From Utricularia gibba (Eukaryota; Plantae; Magnoliophyta): a stretch of 64,000 bases of DNA. How positions within the stretch are numbered: the first letter of the stretch is position 1; each line of letters starts with the position of its first letter. Made by a program: the position numbers and the translations under genes. The notes beneath the pieces were generated by a model. The model worked only from the letters and a program-made list of their open reading frames with translations, searched no databases and had not been told where the DNA came from. Positions 61,475 to 64,000 of the stretch are shown piece after piece. Location of the stretch: contig NEEC01000010.1 of assembly GCA_002189035.1 (NCBI GenBank), forward strand, positions 1,178,001 through 1,242,000, given 5' to 3'.

Positions 61475-63939
61475 TCACATTTGGATGTTGGAAGCGTTTG
61501 GGTAGGAAGGATCCGGCGCAGGCACTGGGGCTGGCTGCAGCTGCGTAAGGCATATGTGATGAGGTGAGGAAGCCTCAGTGATGCTCTTGTTCATGCTTCC
61601 ACCTTCTCCAGATGAGCCACCGCCACTCCTCACCCAAGCCTTGACTGCCGAACGGGCGAATTCGTCGAACAGCGTTTCCCTGAACATGCTCCCCATCTGC
61701 ACCAGAACCCGGGCTTGAATCAGTCATCATAATGTGAAATGCAGAGCACTGAACTGTGGTCAGCTTTACCTGTGAAACGAGAGCATACAGTGGCAATGTG
61801 CTATAGCTGCAGAGCACTTGGACGATGACTCTGTAAAGAAGGGAAAACAAGCACAGCATATGGATGAGTCTGTGTGGTACAAAGAAGGAGATGGGCTCAT
61901 TTTGGGATACCCGACTACAATTCGTGGAATGATGAACTCAAGCCCTTCCATGATGCAGGACTTGAAGGAGTATGTCCCCTGAAGAGAGCCACAAACCGTT
62001 TAATCTCAAGGCATGAGGAATCAGGCATAACTGATACTGAGTTCTTCTAACCAGAATCCACAAGAAGAATGCAATCTCGAATGAGTTTTGGAACAAAATG
62101 AAGTGGATCAAGTAAAGAACGAGGATCGGTTTTTTGAACCAGAAGAGTTCATCGGAAGGCCTCACAGGAGCCTCCCCTTCCGCATCACCTGCTTCCCTGC
62201 TTGCAGCCTCCTTTGCTAGTTCAATTATGATGTGCTCCAGTTTCGCTCCCACGATCAGTAGAAGCTGCCCAGAAATACAAGGGATTCCTCAGTTTCCCTT
62301 TTCGAATCCCCAAATCATGGATGTTTTCAGTCCACTTACTACAAGAGGTAGAAATGACAACCAGAAATAAGCATGCCATCCTACAAAGCATGCTGCCTAA
62401 GTCAGTATACACAGGATAAAAGTTGTGCATTTTGAAAGGTATATTCACTCCGGAGTACCGCTGACGTTCAACAGCAAGAAGATGACGAAGAAAAGCCACA
62501 AGTACCAGCTGTGAGAGAGGATCAGCTTTAGGTTCATTACATAAAACAGTGGTAGCAAGTATCTATATCCACACCTGACACCGACAATTTTCTTGAAGTC
62601 ATGTTCCAGCGTCCTCAACATGTATTCATGGAAGTTGTAAGTTGGAACTCCAGGAGTATGTTTCTAGATCAAAGTTTGGGAGTTGAATTAGAACACGATA
62701 ACAAGCACACAGTATGCATCATGACTATTTTGTGCCTTCAAAACAGTGACTTACTCGGATGAATCCAGATCGAAGAGCTAAGTAGTCAGACTTGGTAATT
62801 GAGCCATAGAATTGCTTGAAGAAGGCTACCTGGAGATCACCACAAAACAGCATGAACATCAGACTAAAAGGGTGTCACATATGTATACATGAGCCTTACA
62901 ATCCAGCTGATGACACGATACTTTCTCCAGTAGTTGCCAGCCCTCTCCTTGAACTCCCGCAACGGATCATGACGTCCACCAACTGTAAGTTATAAGGTAT
63001 ATTTATACACGGTACCGACTGACTAATCAATGGTCGACTTCTTAGTTCACCTCTGGTAGGCGCTGATCCTGGAGCTGTAATGGATTTCTCCCAGTGAGTC
63101 CATTGTCTGATCTGCATGAAATAATGCAAAAGCTTTTAAAACATGCATTTCAGTACAATGCAGCAACATTTATCGGAGTTCCCAGACAAGAACATACTCT
63201 GATTCCACCGAGAACCACCGTTGATGCACAGAAGATCACATACACGACTGCTAAAACAAATATGAAGATGTGCAGTTCATCCAGAGCTTCTATAGAGAGA
63301 AACGGGATCTGTCCCTGCAAGAAACAAACGGAGAAGACAGGCCCATTTTTCATTGCATCATCCATTTCTTTGCAATTACATTATTTCTGAATCAGCGGAA
63401 AGCAAATGTAAGTTGAAAATGCCGTGCCTCTGGGCATCGCTGCGCGTGTTCAGCCAAAAGCCTCATGTGAGGACTACTTCCATCTTCTAATCTACAGGGA
63501 AGCATAACGCTAGCGGCGTGTTCAGGTATACAAATGCGGCTAATGAGTCCTTGGATTAAGTTCAGTAGAAGCGAGATAAAGCCCAGAAGCATGAGTTCTG
63601 AAAAAAATACAGTCGAACACTAATCAAGGTTCCGCATCAAAAACAGACGATCTCAATCAGAGCAAAACTACCGTACCTTCTTTCAATTTCTCCAACGCCT
63701 CGAACAACTGCTGCTGCCGCTTGTGCTTCAGCCACTGAGGCAGAAACCACATGAAATCTTATAACAACACAATACGATACGAATCTCAAATGAGATTGAA
63801 CGACAAACACCTTTCCGAGTCTGTGAAGCGCACGCTCGGCGCAGACGGAGATGAGAACAATGACGCAGCAAACGGTGGCAACCACCCACGCCGGCGTGTA
63901 CTCGAAAGAACGCGCCTGAGAGTGAGCCTGGGCATCCAT
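61475..63939 (-). CDS. MLO13: MLO seven-transmembrane protein, MLO13-like, 14 exons
   Basis: SFEYTPAWVVATVC, ELMLLGFISLLL, LHIFIFVLA, FFKQFYGS, DFKKIVGVSWYLW, PSDELFWF, LFQNSFEIAFF, CSYSTLPLYALVSQMGS. The four conserved Cys are retained. Confidence 0.93.
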
Positions 63940-64000
63940 TTCGAGAGTTTCCGGTGATACATCATCCCTGAAGTGCGCTCCAAGTCTTAAGGGCAGCAGA

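Noticed and set aside
1-64000. A novel co-functional gene cluster (biosynthetic or defence system)
   Set aside because: The genes are functionally unrelated single-copy housekeeping and developmental genes in what looks like ancestral synteny. There are no tandem arrays and no pathway logic.
1-64000. tRNA, rRNA, snoRNA, CRISPR arrays, LTR retrotransposon or transposase ORFs
   Set aside because: None recognised by eye. A tRNAscan-SE/Infernal run would be needed to exclude small ncRNAs formally.

Overview
A gene-dense, short-intron plant (eudicot) nuclear segment. It holds about 22 protein-coding genes plus the 5' end of one more, separated by very AT-rich spacers. In order: unknown (partial, -), UXS (+), PLSP1 (+), RopGEF8-like (+), SPEAR/TIE-like (-), mTERF8/PTAC15 (+), sulfite oxidase (-), ALDH2C4 (+), DLK2-like hydrolase (+), FUL-like MADS (+), ASPGA1 (-), BASL-like (+), MBP2C (-), CTF4/WDHD1 (+), PCO3-like (-), STRAP-like WD40 (+), a small acidic protein (+), a P-class PPR (+), a PHD-like Zn-finger gene (-), AE7/CIA2 (+), PIF3-like bHLH (+), QCR6 (+) and MLO13-like (-). 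I assembled exons by eye from splice sites and from homology recalled from memory; no searches were run. I saw no tRNA, rRNA, CRISPR array or transposase, and no convincing new multi-gene system. The most notable observations are: (1) a 1.17-kb near-complete foldback MULE-type element with a perfect 10-bp TSD, 34 bp after the CTF4 stop, plus a second MULE-MITE with a 10-bp TSD; (2) a STRAP gene lacking a whole internal exon; (3) four independent -1 frameshifts, all in short G/C runs (RopGEF, DLK2, PCO3, PHD-like), most likely assembly homopolymer errors; (4) an AT-AC U12 intron in AE7; (5) a start codon split by an intron in QCR6; (6) a BASL lacking its C-terminal CCxF motif; (7) an in-frame TAG in the RopGEF N-terminal extension.
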